Below, piece after piece: positions 1 through 12,390 of a DNA stretch of 64,000 nt. The stretch covers positions 19,964,001 through 20,028,000 of the forward strand of contig NC_043014.1 of NCBI RefSeq assembly GCF_006345805.1, in the 5' to 3' direction. The position numbers and the translations under genes are program-made. Source of the stretch: Octopus sinensis (Eukaryota). Positions within the stretch are counted from its first letter, which is position 1, and every line of letters begins with the position of its first letter. The notes under the pieces were generated by a model. That model did not search any database and was not told where the DNA came from. It was given only the letters and a program-made list of their open reading frames with translations.

Positions 1-139
1 GGAAATATATACACACACATTATACATACATCTGTGTATAGATGAATATATAAATACATTTAAATATCTATATACACTTTTGGGCGATCTTTCTGCTACT
101 TGGATATACTTTAGGTCTTATATTCGTCCTAAAAAACTT

Positions 140-250
140 TCCTGTCACACACTCACACACACGCACACACACACACACATGCACCCTCACACACACACAC
201 ACGCACACACGCACACACACTCACACACACGCGCACACACACACACACAC
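140..250. repeat. (CA)n microsatellite
   Basis: Direct reading. This is one of dozens of (CA/GT)n, (TA)n and (GA)n tracts in the window. Confidence 0.95.
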
Positions 251-299
251 GTTAGCTTACAATTTTATTTATATATTTGCGTGTCTATGTGTGTAAAGA

Positions 300-673
300 G
301 GAAGTGGGAATGCACAGTGAAAGAGTCACTCACTACAAAAAGTGAATGACTTTCACTTTAATCGTTGCACACTTGCAAAGACAAAGGAGGGGAAATTAGG
401 GTGATAGCGTCAGTGAAACAGTTCGCTCCGTTTGTGTGTGTGTGCGTGTGCTGTAGCCCACACTAAGAAAAGCATTTGACTTAGACACCACAATGTGAGT
501 TTTCTCTAAATTTTGCTTAATTAGGGTTGAAATTTGAAAAACTGGACCTGGCACGACCCGATGCATTCTACTCTTAAAAATGCTAGGTAAATTGTAATTG
601 AAGAAATCCTATATTGTAGATTTCTATAAGAGACAAAGGGAGGCAGATAAAATCTGCCTTTTATAATAAGAGA
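300..673 (-). mobile_element. Putative non-autonomous Helitron-like element, 5' portion
   Basis: The minus strand starts A|TCTCTTATTATAAAAGGCAG, a 5'-TC terminus like Lep1/HINE-type elements, followed immediately by a perfect 8-bp hairpin aggcagat-aaa-atctgcct (641-659). No CTAG 3' end was found and the left boundary is approximate. Confidence 0.35.
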
Positions 674-927
674 TATATACCCCTACATAGAGACACAAAC
701 ACTTACACACACAAACACACACACTCACATACTCATACACACTCATATGTATATATATGATTACTTCTTCATTGATTCATATTGTTTGTCTCTGTTCATG
801 TTTTTTGAAACCTCATAATGTAGACCAAACGAACGGATATCAGTATCTACCTATACAATATATATATATCTATACATATATATATATATATATTATGTAT
901 AATATGTATGTATATATATGTGTGTGT

Positions 928-974
<47 letters not shown>

Positions 975-1785
975 CTCTTCATACGAACTAGTCAGCTTGA
1001 AATGATATATCTTTCATATTGTTTGAGTGATAGCAAGGCAATAACTATAACATCGACTGTAAAATTAATAAGAAAATGTATAATGCTGGATATTTTCCGA
1101 GGCTTCCTCCTATCTGCATCCGTCTATTTACTCATTTATCATCATATCTTATTATTTTTCTTCAACGCTTCATTGTCCGTTTTTGACATACGATCTCTTT
1201 CTATTTGTCTGCCTAAGAAAATGATTGTAGTAATGTGCGTATATATATATATATATATGTGCGTCTGCTTCCGACCGTGAGAGAGAGAGAGAGAGAAGGA
1301 GAGAAAGAGTGATAGACAGAGAAAGTTAGAGTTAGAAAGATATGAAGAGAGACAGAAAGACAGACAGGAAGTTTATGTTGTTTAGTTTGTTTTTTATTAG
1401 TGCGTTTACGTGTGCGTATATGATAATATAGATATCACTCATTGTCTTTCTCTCTTTTCTGTGTACACGTATGTATGTTTGCCTATGTGCTTGTGTGTGT
1501 TTTTAATTACATCTGTTCTCTGTTCTTTTCACTCTCTCTATTCCCCCCTCTCTCTCTTTCTATTTATCTGTATGTATATATATATATGTGTGTGTGTGTG
1601 TATGTGTGTGTGTGTGTGTGTATGTGTGTGTGTGTGTATACAAATGTATATGTGCTCGTACAACGTATGCTCACAGACACATGCATAGACACACACATAC
1701 GTTTGTAGGAGAAAACAAAAGAAAACGATTGGTAGATAAATATATTGATAGAAAGGTATGTAGATACAGAGACAAGACACATTCT

Positions 1786-1817
<32 letters not shown>

Positions 1818-1949
1818 CATACACACATACGCACACATACATATATACATACACATATACACACACATATATATACATACGGATATATATTTACACACTC
1901 ATACATATATATGTGTGTGTGTTTGTGTGTTCTGTATATATTTAATTTA

Positions 1950-2285
1950 TTCGTTCACTTCTTTCAGTCATTTGACTGCAGCCATGCTGGAGCAACGGCT
2001 TGAAGAGCTTTAATAGAATAAATCGACCCCAGGGCTTATTTGTTTGAAACACTCAAACACAACCACCCAGCCAACCATCCACCCACACACACACACACAC
2101 ACACACACCACACACACATATATATATATATACATACAACGGACGTCTTTAAATTTCGTGTACCAAATTCATTCACAAAGGCTTGGTCGACTCGAGTCTA
2201 TAGTAGAAGACATTTGCCAGTGGGATTGAACTTGGAACCATGTGGTTGAGAAACGAGCTTCTTACCACACACTCATGCTTGCACC
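1950..2285 (-). mobile_element. SINE family A (tRNA-headed, internal microsatellite), decayed copy
   Basis: Contains cagtcatttgactgcagccatgctggagc (3' part) and gaaccatgtggttg...cttaccacac (tRNA-like head), matching the better copies at 24767 and 50325. Confidence 0.8.
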
Positions 2286-2932
2286 TATGCACACAGCCAC
2301 GCTGTGTGCATATATGTATACACACACGCACACACACAGATGTACATACATACATTGCAACTTACATTTTAATTCCTAGTGGATCTGTTTTAGAACACCA
2401 TTTTATACTTGCTTGTTAATCTTGTCAATATCTATAAATCTGAAATGCGGAAAGTTTGCTTGTCTGGTTTTTGCATTGGAACGGGATAAAGGTCACTAGA
2501 TCCTGTCGGATTGACTCCAAAATTTACAGGGACAGTTAAAATGAGGTGACAATGTGAGTGGGCTAGATTAGAAATCCATATCTTAAAAGGTGTGATTACT
2601 AGGGCAAAAAACGCACACTTTGACAAGTATTCTCTCATCTCTTATTTGCTTGTCTTCCTCCGTCTCTCTCTCTTTCCTCCCTTCCTTTCACTTTCTCTCT
2701 ATATCGTCGTTTGACAGCGTTTACTATCTTTCCCCGCCGCTTTCACTCTCCCACATCCTCTCTCTCTCCTTCTACGTCTGTCTGCATTCATAGAGAGAAT
2801 TATCATCGCCACCACCACACAATCATGAGAACAAATATTATGAATCAGATATTTATTGGGTTAATTTATATATGTGTGTGTGTTGTATATATAAATATGT
2901 ATATATAATGTATATCTAAAAAGTGTATATAA

Positions 2933-2974
<42 letters not shown>

Positions 2975-3209
2975 ATATGTTACATTTACTCAATAGTCAG
3001 GATAAAACTCTGAGTTTCAGATGCCGAAGTGCAAATCTACAACATCATCTTTTCGGTTATCTGGCCATCTGAAAAACGCTATGAAAAAATACCGTTATAT
3101 AAAGGGAAATTACTGTGTTATAATTCTGCTCGCGAATCCACGTGCGTACTTATACGTCACTATGAAAACGTACACATATTGTGATAGATTCTTAATGCGC
3201 GTTAGAAAG

Positions 3210-3259
3210 CTTCTAACTGAGGAGATATACTTATGTCGAAACACCGGTTGTCCTAGAAG
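3210..3259 (+). ncRNA. Minimal type I hammerhead ribozyme motif (solitary)
   Basis: cttctaa-CTGAGGA-gatat(actt)atgtc-GAAA-ca(ccggt)tg-TC-ctagaag. The core is complete, stem II has 5 bp, the cleavage triplet is GUC, and stem I has 6 bp with an A.C mismatch next to the core. Confidence 0.75.
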
Positions 3260-3974
3260 TACCTTTATTAATATATCGAATGTATCATGAACACGCGTTC
3301 ATCGTAAAGGAGAAGCTGTTCGTCTGTGACGAAACACAATAGCTGTTAGCATATTCCCGATTGTGTTTGCCAGAATGTACTAAAAAACAAATAAAATTGT
3401 AGTTTTACCAATTCATATTTGGCTACCTAGTTTCGCTTCTAATTCTGTATTATGTGATGTAATGGCTTTCCGTCCTAAAGATACGTGTAACATAAGAGAA
3501 TATGTCACTAATGTGTTTAATTCACAAAGTTCGCACTTTCCATGTTTCGTTGTTATTTATTTATTTGCATCGACTATCTGATGCATGCTCTTTGGCTTCC
3601 AGGCTTCTGATTTTACGTATGCACGAGTCCTCCTTCATGAGTTTCCTTAAAAACGTACTTATCCATTCTAAAATCAAGTCTATTTGGTAAATGCATATGT
3701 GTATCTTTGCATGTTGTTCTGTCTCGTATATGTTATAGTAGTAGCATGGAGAATAACTCACACCATCGTCTGAGATAATTATCTCCCTGCACATAGATAT
3801 CTAGTTAACGAAAACAGTATTTCAATGAAGCTATGGAGAAATGAAGATAAGTAGACAGGTAAGTTAGTCGGGAAAGTAGGTAGGTAGTTCTATGAACAAT
3901 AGATGTATGAGTAAATAGTTAGGGAGTTGAACAGATTGTACAAGAATATCCCCACACGTACAAAGAAAGGTAGA

Positions 3975-3979
3975 TAGAT

Positions 3980-4042
<63 letters not shown>
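3975..4042. repeat. (GATA)n microsatellite
   Basis: Direct reading. Confidence 0.95.
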
Positions 4043-4071
4043 TTATTGATCTACACATACACACACAAACA

Positions 4072-4154
<83 letters not shown>

Positions 4155-4539
4155 CATACATACAACTGGTGAGTAAAATAATAGACATGTATAGATAGAG
4201 ACGGAACCTATATGTATGAGAAGACATAAATAAAACATACAAATCTGCTCATACGCACGTACATACATACAGTGAAGTCCTCAAAGTTTCATGGCGCAAC
4301 CAAAATTGTAGATTATGTCATATTTTTGTGGAAGACATCTCACGTGTGATTAGCAGCTACCCAAAAATCGCATGAAGGTACGACCTTCCTATGCTACACG
4401 AAGTTGTCGCCAAAACAATATATTTTAACTTTATCCCACAGGAGGGGGTCTCCATTTTTCATACATGATCAGCTATACCCGATTTATCAATACCCCCCCC
4501 CCGTGTCACATCTTTCCGATTTTCCTCTACCCATATTTT

Positions 4540-5700
4540 GATGGTAACTACAGCAAAGTAAAGACCCTACTTTGAAAACAGAGAGGAAGTTGTCATATAT
4601 CTTGATCAAAAACAAGGGTCACTTTACACTAATGAAGTACAGACAACTGACTCAACACCACAGTAAACTATCTCACATGTATGGTCATCCTAAGATTCAC
4701 AAGGATGGTATTCCATTAAGACCTATAGTGAGCTGTAGAGGTTCAGCATGTCATTCATTGAGCTGCTTCCTTGTGGAAGTCCATTAGCAGGAAAGTCAAC
4801 ATCGTACGTGAAGAATTCCACCCACTTCACAGAATTAATCAAGGATGCTCTCATTGAATCCAACCAGATGGTGAGTCTAGATGTCGTAAGCCTGTTCACC
4901 AAAGTCCCAACTCATGAAGCACTATCGGTGATTCAAGAAAAACTAGTGACAGACACCCATCTAAAAGAACGCACTAGTATACCAATAAGAATCTTGATGG
5001 AAATGTTGGCGTTCTGTGTAGAAACTACCTACTTCAGTATGGACACTGATATATATCGACAAGAAGAGGGTTTAGCTATGGGTTCACCATTATCACTGAT
5101 AATAGCCAATATATACATGGAATACTTTGAGAATTTGTCTTTAGTATCAACACCACTAAAACCAACCCTATGGTTGCGATATGCTGATGACACCTTCATA
5201 CTCTGGCCCCACCAGGAATATGTCCAAATGCTGTTAGATCATGTGAACTCAATAAAGCCATCCATACTGTTCACAATAGAAAACGTAAAAGACAATCAGC
5301 TAGCATTCCTGTACGTATTAATAACATGCACCAAGTATAGATTCAAGACATCCATATACCGCAAGCCGACCATCACTGGACGATACCTCAACTTTAATTC
5401 CCATCATCTATACAGTGTAAAGACAGGGATTGCTCAGTGCCTAAAACATTGAGCAATGAATATAAGTAGCGATCGTGATACCCACCACGAAGAAATGATC
5501 AAGCTCACTAACAATCTATTAAGCAATAACTACCCTAAAACCATACTCTCCAATCCAATTATGAAGAAAAGAGAGGATGAAACTGATAAAATGTCCACAG
5601 TCTGTCTACCATATGTGAAAGGCCTCTCCGAAAAGATACAAATAACATGTCTTTCATAATGATCGTACTGATCCAGATTCTTAGACTCCCACGTTCTACA
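4540..5700 (+). mobile_element. Penelope-like element (Penelope/Poseidon-type) reverse transcriptase relic
   Basis: ORFs 4572-4787, 4748-5452 and 5456-5659 give YGHPKIHKDGIPLRPIVS, SLDVVSLFTKVP, YRQEEGLAMGSPLS, WLRYADDTF, SIYRKPTITGRYLNFNSHH and LPYVKGLSEKI, the canonical PLE RT motif order. It is broken by a frameshift near 4780 and a stop at 5450-5452; no intact GIY-YIG was seen. Confidence 0.92.
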
Positions 5701-6153
5701 TATGGTAAAAACTATTCTGCACATAAAATATGTATAGCTCGTAAGTGTAATATTTGACAAGTATGTATATATGACAGATGAATTATAAAAGATGGTATAT
5801 AAACTGAAACAAAGAAATATTTGTCGAAGAATTATCATAGTTTGAAATAGATCCTTACAGCCGTTTCAAATTAGCAGCGACTGATTGATGCAATTATATC
5901 TATTATGCATGCATATGCATCCTGTGGCAATAATACACATCAAACGTATAGAAATTAACAATGCATAAAGTTGCTGTATGCATTCTTTGTTGCTTATACA
6001 TATGTGTATGTGCATTTATACAAACACACATCCGAATAAGCCACACATATATTGAATCATATACATTCAAAACTATTCCATGAGCAGTAAAATGTTAAGA
6101 TCTACAATTTTAGACTGAATTTCTGTGATACACATTTAGTACATACACACACA

Positions 6154-6189
<36 letters not shown>

Positions 6190-6929
6190 GTATGTATATA
6201 TATGTGTGTATGTGTGTGTGTGTGTCTGTGTGTCTGTCTGTCTGTCTGTCTGTGTGTATGTGAACATAATGATTTGGCTATTAATTTCTGTATATTCACT
6301 TTATGTTTAGATTAGTTTCCTTTGTGCTTTTCAATTTCTTTTACCTTCCATAATTCGTAATCCTTTTCACTTGTAATTGTGTGCATGTCGGATATAATGC
6401 ATATAATTTTGATGTGTTGTTCTTCTGTAAGATGCTCTCTTCCAATTTTAATATAAATCATTAGACGATAACAGTATGCGGTGGGCATTTCATCTAAACC
6501 TCGTGCTACATTAGTTTCACAGCATGGTCGCATTAAGTACATAGTAGGACATTCTTTACATATCCTCGTCCGTCGGATATTGAATTTATTACCGTTTGTT
6601 TTAGAACTGAATATAATTGATCGTTTTCTGAATTGTGATGATTTACTAAATATATTTCCTTTCAGTTTGAGTTTATCCCACTGTTGAATTCATTGCTTTT
6701 GCATGTATTTCATATTACTTGATATAAAATGAGTATATCTTTCAAGTACTAGGAATTTTTTTCTGCATTACTTCAATTTCGAGGCTGAATAATGGCATAA
6801 ACTATTGACTTTGACCATTGTATTAAAGTTGGTAGCATTTCAAAGTTAAACGATTTGCTGACTCGTGATATTTTCAGCATTTCATTTTACGAACCAGTTA
6901 TTTACTGGAAATTATATCAACGATAGTCT

Positions 6930-7180
6930 CCCATCCCTCAAATTTCTGACCGTGTATCTTTTGGCAAATTTGCACTCCAATAGGGTGGTGCTTGTCGTCG
7001 GTAATATAATGGAATATGCGCAAACATGATCGTTCTTTTCAGTAGACCTATCCAACATTTCTTTTGCTTTGTGCGATAGACCGTAGAATAGATAGTATAT
7101 CGATTTAACTTTAACTGAGTGCTGATCAATTTGAATCAATCTAAAGCTTTCGACACAGTATCACCACATGTAGCAGTAAA
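6930..7180 (+). mobile_element. Decayed Tx1/L1-type LINE RT fragment
   Basis: 7119-7160 translates to VLINLNQSKAFDTV (the LDxxKAFDxV RT motif in its Tx1 form), preceded by a degraded LLAN...EYAQT stretch. Confidence 0.45.
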
Positions 7181-8099
7181 GGTTATTGAAGGACCTTCTC
7201 CTCACAAGACCCTACGATACATTCTGAAATTCCTACTCCTATAGCAATACCAGGTGTTGCTCGGGAGATGTCGGGAAAAATCGCCTCGTATTGAGTTCCA
7301 CAATATAATTAGGAGGCGGAGGTAAGGCATCTTCCGTAATACCCAACACTGACAGAGAGGAGGAAAAGAAAGAAGATAGCGGGAGACAACAGTAACAATG
7401 AATTCCGGAGTATATGCTGCTGTAGTATCACCAGTCGTACCCCAGGAAGGGGATTTCGTTTTTCCATTGGTCTCGAAAACCAACTAGATTAAACTCTACT
7501 CAATGCAATGATCACAACTATCCATCATTTTACGACAACAGAGATGGACTGGAACTTGAGTGGAAAGAAAAATCACCGGATAAAAAGAAAGAAAGAAAGA
7601 GAAATCCGGACAGAAGCCTCTGAAAGAAAAGGACAATGACATCTACGATCACTTGAGAATCAATCATTCGAGAAACGAACTACTTTCTCGTAGAACGAAT
7701 AATACAGACGTGAGATGCAAAATAAATATAATCTCGATAGACTTTTAGTAAAAAATATCTAAATATAATGGTCAGTTGATTTATGAATATTCGAAAGATG
7801 TGGGCGGATGGCAAATTGTTCCATTCTGTAAATATTAACAAAACAAAATAAGCAAAAATGTGTGCACCAAGTTCCAGCCTGAACAATTGCCGGAGAGCGG
7901 AGATGTGACATACTTTAATCCGATATAAGTAGTGGTTTCTAACCTGTGCATGGAGGAGATAAGCGAATGTTTCTTCACATACTTTATTTCATTTATTGTT
8001 TCTTTATAGCTATATATTTACAATGCGTTCTTGTTCTATAAAAAATGTAACGTGTGTGTAATGAGTGGCGACGCTCGCCGCCCCTCCATTTTTCTATTA

Positions 8100-8205
8100 C
8101 TTTATCTCGTTCGTCTTCATATGTCTCTGTACTACAACTGGCTTCAGAGATCCATGTATTCTATGAATGAAAGTTTTTATGTTATTCTTTGTGTCTAATA
8201 ATAAT
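8100..8205 (+). mobile_element. 3' tail of a (TAA)n-terminated retroelement
   Basis: Ends atgaatgaaagtttttatgttattctttgtgtct(aat)n. A near-identical terminus (same final tgttattctttgtgtct) occurs twice at 16405-16550. Confidence 0.6.
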
Positions 8206-8304
8206 AATAAGAAGAAGAAGAAGAAAAAGAAGAAGAAGAAGAAGAACAACAACAACAACAACAACAAAAACAACAACACAGCAACAACAACAACAACGAG
8301 AATC

Positions 8305-8415
8305 CTGTATACTATAGGCACAACACCTGAAATTTTGGTGGGAAGGGCCCTAGTCGACTACATCGACTCCAGTGCTTATAACTGGTACTTATCTCATCGA
8401 CCTGGAAAGCATGAA
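8305..8415 (-). mobile_element. SINE family C fragment
   Basis: gtcgactacatcgactccagtgcttataactggtacttatctcatcgacctggaaagcatgaaa matches the family C body at 11832-12261. Confidence 0.7.
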
Positions 8416-8866
8416 AATGATAATGCAAAGATGTGGGATTTTATGATTCAGTGCGACCATGAGATAGAGAACAGGAAACTAGACATAGTCTTAATTGAGA
8501 GAGAAAGCAAGCGATGCTGGATCATAAATATAGCATGTCCCGCTGACAACAAGTTATACGATAAGGAAGAAAGAAAAGTCGATAGACATGACAGGTTAGC
8601 TTGGGAGGTTAAGCAAGTGGTCGATGAAAAAAGTGGTAGTAGTACCAATATCTTTTGCAGCCCTGGGAGCAGTGAGTAAAAATCTAGAGAAGTACATGAA
8701 ACAAACAGGGGCTGGAATTAGGGTAGACCACTGCAGAAAACAGTACGACTTGGTACCACTCGAATACTCCGAAAGGTGCTCTGAAAATGAGAGATGTTAC
8801 CTTAGTTCACTGGTAGTCACATCTAACACAGTAGTACATCTCCAGCGTTAGAAGTTGTGCTAAGGC
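8416..8866 (+). mobile_element. R4/Dong-like LINE 3' fragment (restriction-like endonuclease domain)
   Basis: MWDFMIQCDHEIENRKLDIVLIERESKRCWIINIACPADNK...KVVVVPISFAALG, a PD-(D/E)xK RLE domain. It is followed by a short 3' UTR and (TAA)n from 8867. Confidence 0.88.
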
Positions 8867-9135
<269 letters not shown>

Positions 9136-10421
9136 TTACAAGCTAGGTTTGAACTTAAACGATGTTTTTCTTTTTCTTCATAGATATCTGCTTTTGCAGC
9201 AACTATTTTGTATCTTTTTGGACACTTTGAATGCAGAAAACACTTCCCTTTCGTTGGATTCATGTTTCGTAGCTATTTGCCTTAATTTCCCGTATTATGT
9301 ACAATTTATAATTATTAATACTTGTTGTATCATTAACGATGTTGTTCTTGTTGTTGTGGCATTCTTTCAGGTCGCTCCAAAGTTTGTTCGTCAGTTTATA
9401 TGTTCATAAGTTGTTTATTGTTGAAATTTTGCTGTAACAAATGGAGCTAGTTAGATTGTTTGTTTCTCTCGCTTTTTAGGCTAAAATTTGCTACAAATTT
9501 TCGAATTTTGTTTTAAAAAATATAATTTTGAAAGAAATATCGTGTCTGCTTCCACAGTGATTAATGTGAAAAGTGAGATAGGAGGTAAATCACAAAGATA
9601 GGTTCAGCAATGTCAGAGTCCCTCCCCTTCACCCTCCTTGTTGATGGTGAAGCGAACGACTATCGGGCATTGAAAGTTCAAAGAACAAATAATTCCCCGG
9701 CAAACAACAGTAGCAGTAGTAATAATAATACCAACATCAACAAAGGCAACTTCAGCAACGGTAGCGAAGACGGTATTCTGCTCATGGAAGGTTAGGAGAA
9801 GGTTTTATCTTTGAAAATTTAAAATTAAAATGAATTGTACCACTGTTATAGTGGGAAATGCTAATATACACTAATATCAGTAACGACAGCAGCAGCTAAG
9901 GTAATAACGGTAAAAAAAACCTCAACAGGGAAACATCTATATTAACCAAGGAGCACCACATATCCTGGATCACCACAAAATTCTAAAGTAAATCTGGGAA
10001 GTGTCCACTTACCATCCGTTTCCCTATTCTACAGTGACCTGCCTCTAAAAGGTCCAGTCAAACGGGTCACGCTCGTTACATTCATCATAATTTAAGGGGT
10101 GAGTCGGGAGCAGCCTTTCGTTATTAATCCTCGGACAACTGATATTCCAAATGTGGAACAACCGATCACCGTAACAGGAAAGAGGCAATGGACTTTACTG
10201 CCACTGACACCATCAATGCCTGACCCTGTTGTGAAAAATTCTTGTTGATTTTCTTTTGGAACAACTAGTGCTTTAAAAAGCATTTTCACGCTTTTAACTC
10301 CATTTTTCGTTCCTCTTCTCATCACGGTATTGTTCTGAATACTTTTCGCCCATGTGGTCAATAAATCCTTTTGCTCTTAATTACCCTTATTCCAGCGTTG
10401 TTGTTGTTGTTGTTGTTGTTA

Positions 10422-10491
<70 letters not shown>

Positions 10492-11169
10492 CATTATTAT
10501 TATTATTATTATTGTTGTTGTTGTTGTTGCTGTTGCTGTTGTTATTATTACTATTATTTATTTTATTTATTTATTTAACTAATTGATTAGTTAATTAATT
10601 AATTAACGAAGTAATTATTTAGCATTAAACTCCTCTGAAGTCTGAATTTCTACTAAAATTCTAAAGAAAGAAGCGATGAAAGCGGCTAAGCTCCGGGAAA
10701 ATAGAGCTGACTGATTTCATATATTATCTAATGATTATATTATTGCCGGTTGCTGCTGTCGTTGTTGTTGATGTTGATACTGTTTTTCAGACTCTAATTA
10801 AAATGCTGTATGATGTATTTACTTTGTTGTTAGAACTGATAATGACGGTTATATAATATAGATTTATAACGTTATCAATGATATATTATATACAGATGAG
10901 AAGTGATTGTGAGTATACTCGAATATCTGGAGGTGATATAAACCTTAGCTATTCGAATATAATTTAATCTCGTAATAGCATAGTTGAGTTTTAAACGTGT
11001 ACAGAGAGAGATACAGTCAGACAGAGAGGGAGACGGAGGAGGGAGAAAAGGGAAGGGAGAAAGTAATGGAAGAGAGACGGGAAGAGGAAGGTAGAGAAGG
11101 AGAGAGGAATAGAAGAGAGAAAGAGAGTTGTATAACCTACGAGTATGCAAACTGTTAATATTACTTACA

Positions 11170-11380
11170 AATCTTGGCACAAGACCAGCAAGTCCGTGAG
11201 TAGTAGGTGTATGGCGATTACATCGACGCCAATGATCAAATGGTACTTATTTTATCGATCCTGGAAGGGTGAAAGATAAAGTTAACCTCGGCGGAATTTG
11301 AATTCAGAATATGTAAACGAATGAAATGCAACGAAGCGTTTTGTCCGGCATGCTAACGATTCTACCAGCTCGCTGCCTTC
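11170..11380 (-). mobile_element. SINE family C
   Basis: cctcggcggaatttgaattcagaa (B-box, reverse) and gctaacgattctaccagctcgctgcc (head). Confidence 0.85.
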
Positions 11381-11535
11381 GCAAACTTTTAATATTGATA
11401 TATATTCAATAAATGAGTGTATAAATCTGGCACTGTAAATGTGTAGCAGACTTGTTGCCTACCGCTCTTGAATAATGGTAAGTAATTCATGCCTGGAACT
11501 TAGACTTTGAAAGTGACTAAATATTACAGCTAATG

Positions 11536-11745
11536 AAGGCGGTGAACGGGCAGAATTGTTAGCGTGCAAAATGCTTAGAGCTATTTTGTCCGTCTTCACG
11601 TTCTGAGTTCAAACTCCACTGAGGTCAATTTGCCTTTCATTCTTCCTCGATCGATGAAATAACAGTTGAGCTCTGGAGTCAATGCAACCGAATTAAAGCC
11701 TTTCTCGAAATTGTTGGCCTTGCGCCAAAATTCTAAACCACCATT
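11536..11745 (+). mobile_element. SINE family C
   Basis: ggcggtgaacgggcagaattgttagc...gttctgagttcaaactccactgaggtc head and body. Confidence 0.8.
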
Positions 11746-11748
11746 TGT

Positions 11749-12390
11749 GGCAGCGAGCTGGCAGAATCGCAGCAAGCCGGGAAAATTATTTAGCAGCATT
11801 TCATCCGTCTTCATGTTCTGTATTCAAATTCCTATTTCTCATTTCTTTATTCTTTATTGCCCACAAGGGGCTAAACACAGAGAGGACAAACAAGGACAGA
11901 CAAACGGATTAAGTCCATTATATCGATCTCAGTGCGTAACTGGTACTTAATTTATCGACCCCGAAAGGATGAAAGGCAAAGTCGACCTCGGCGGAATTTG
12001 AACTCAGAACGTTAAGACATACGAAATACCTATTTCTTTACTACCCACAAGGGGCTAAACACAGAGAGGACAAATAAGGACAGACAAAGGGATTAAGTCG
12101 ATTACATCGACCCCAGTGCGTATCTGATACTTATTTAATCGACCCCGAAAGGATGAAAGGCAAAAATGACCTCGGCGGAATTTGAACTCAGAACTTAACG
12201 GCAGACGAAATACCGCTAAGCAGTTCGACCGGCGTGCTAACGTTTCTGCCAGCTTCCCGCCTGTATTCAAATTCTGCTGTGGCAGACTTTGCCTTTCGTC
12301 CTTCTGGATTTATTAAAATGTGTACCAGTTGAACACTGTGGATGTAATTGATTTACATCTCTAAAATTGCTGGTCCTGTGTAAAAATGTT
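11749..12390 (+). mobile_element. SINE family C host copy interrupted at 11832-12261
   Basis: The head occupies 11749-11831 and the body resumes at 12262. The sequence tgtattcaaattc is duplicated at 11819-11831 and 12262-12274. Confidence 0.8.
11832..12261 (-). mobile_element. Tandem-dimer SINE family C insertion with 13-bp TSD
   Basis: A full monomer (12261 to 12031) is followed head-to-tail by a second monomer lacking the first ~45 nt (12030 to 11832). The pair is flanked by the TSD. Confidence 0.88.

Noticed and set aside
10092-10361. ORF MTTWAKSIQ... in non-repetitive-looking DNA
   Set aside because: No recognisable domain, splice context or supporting neighbour exons.
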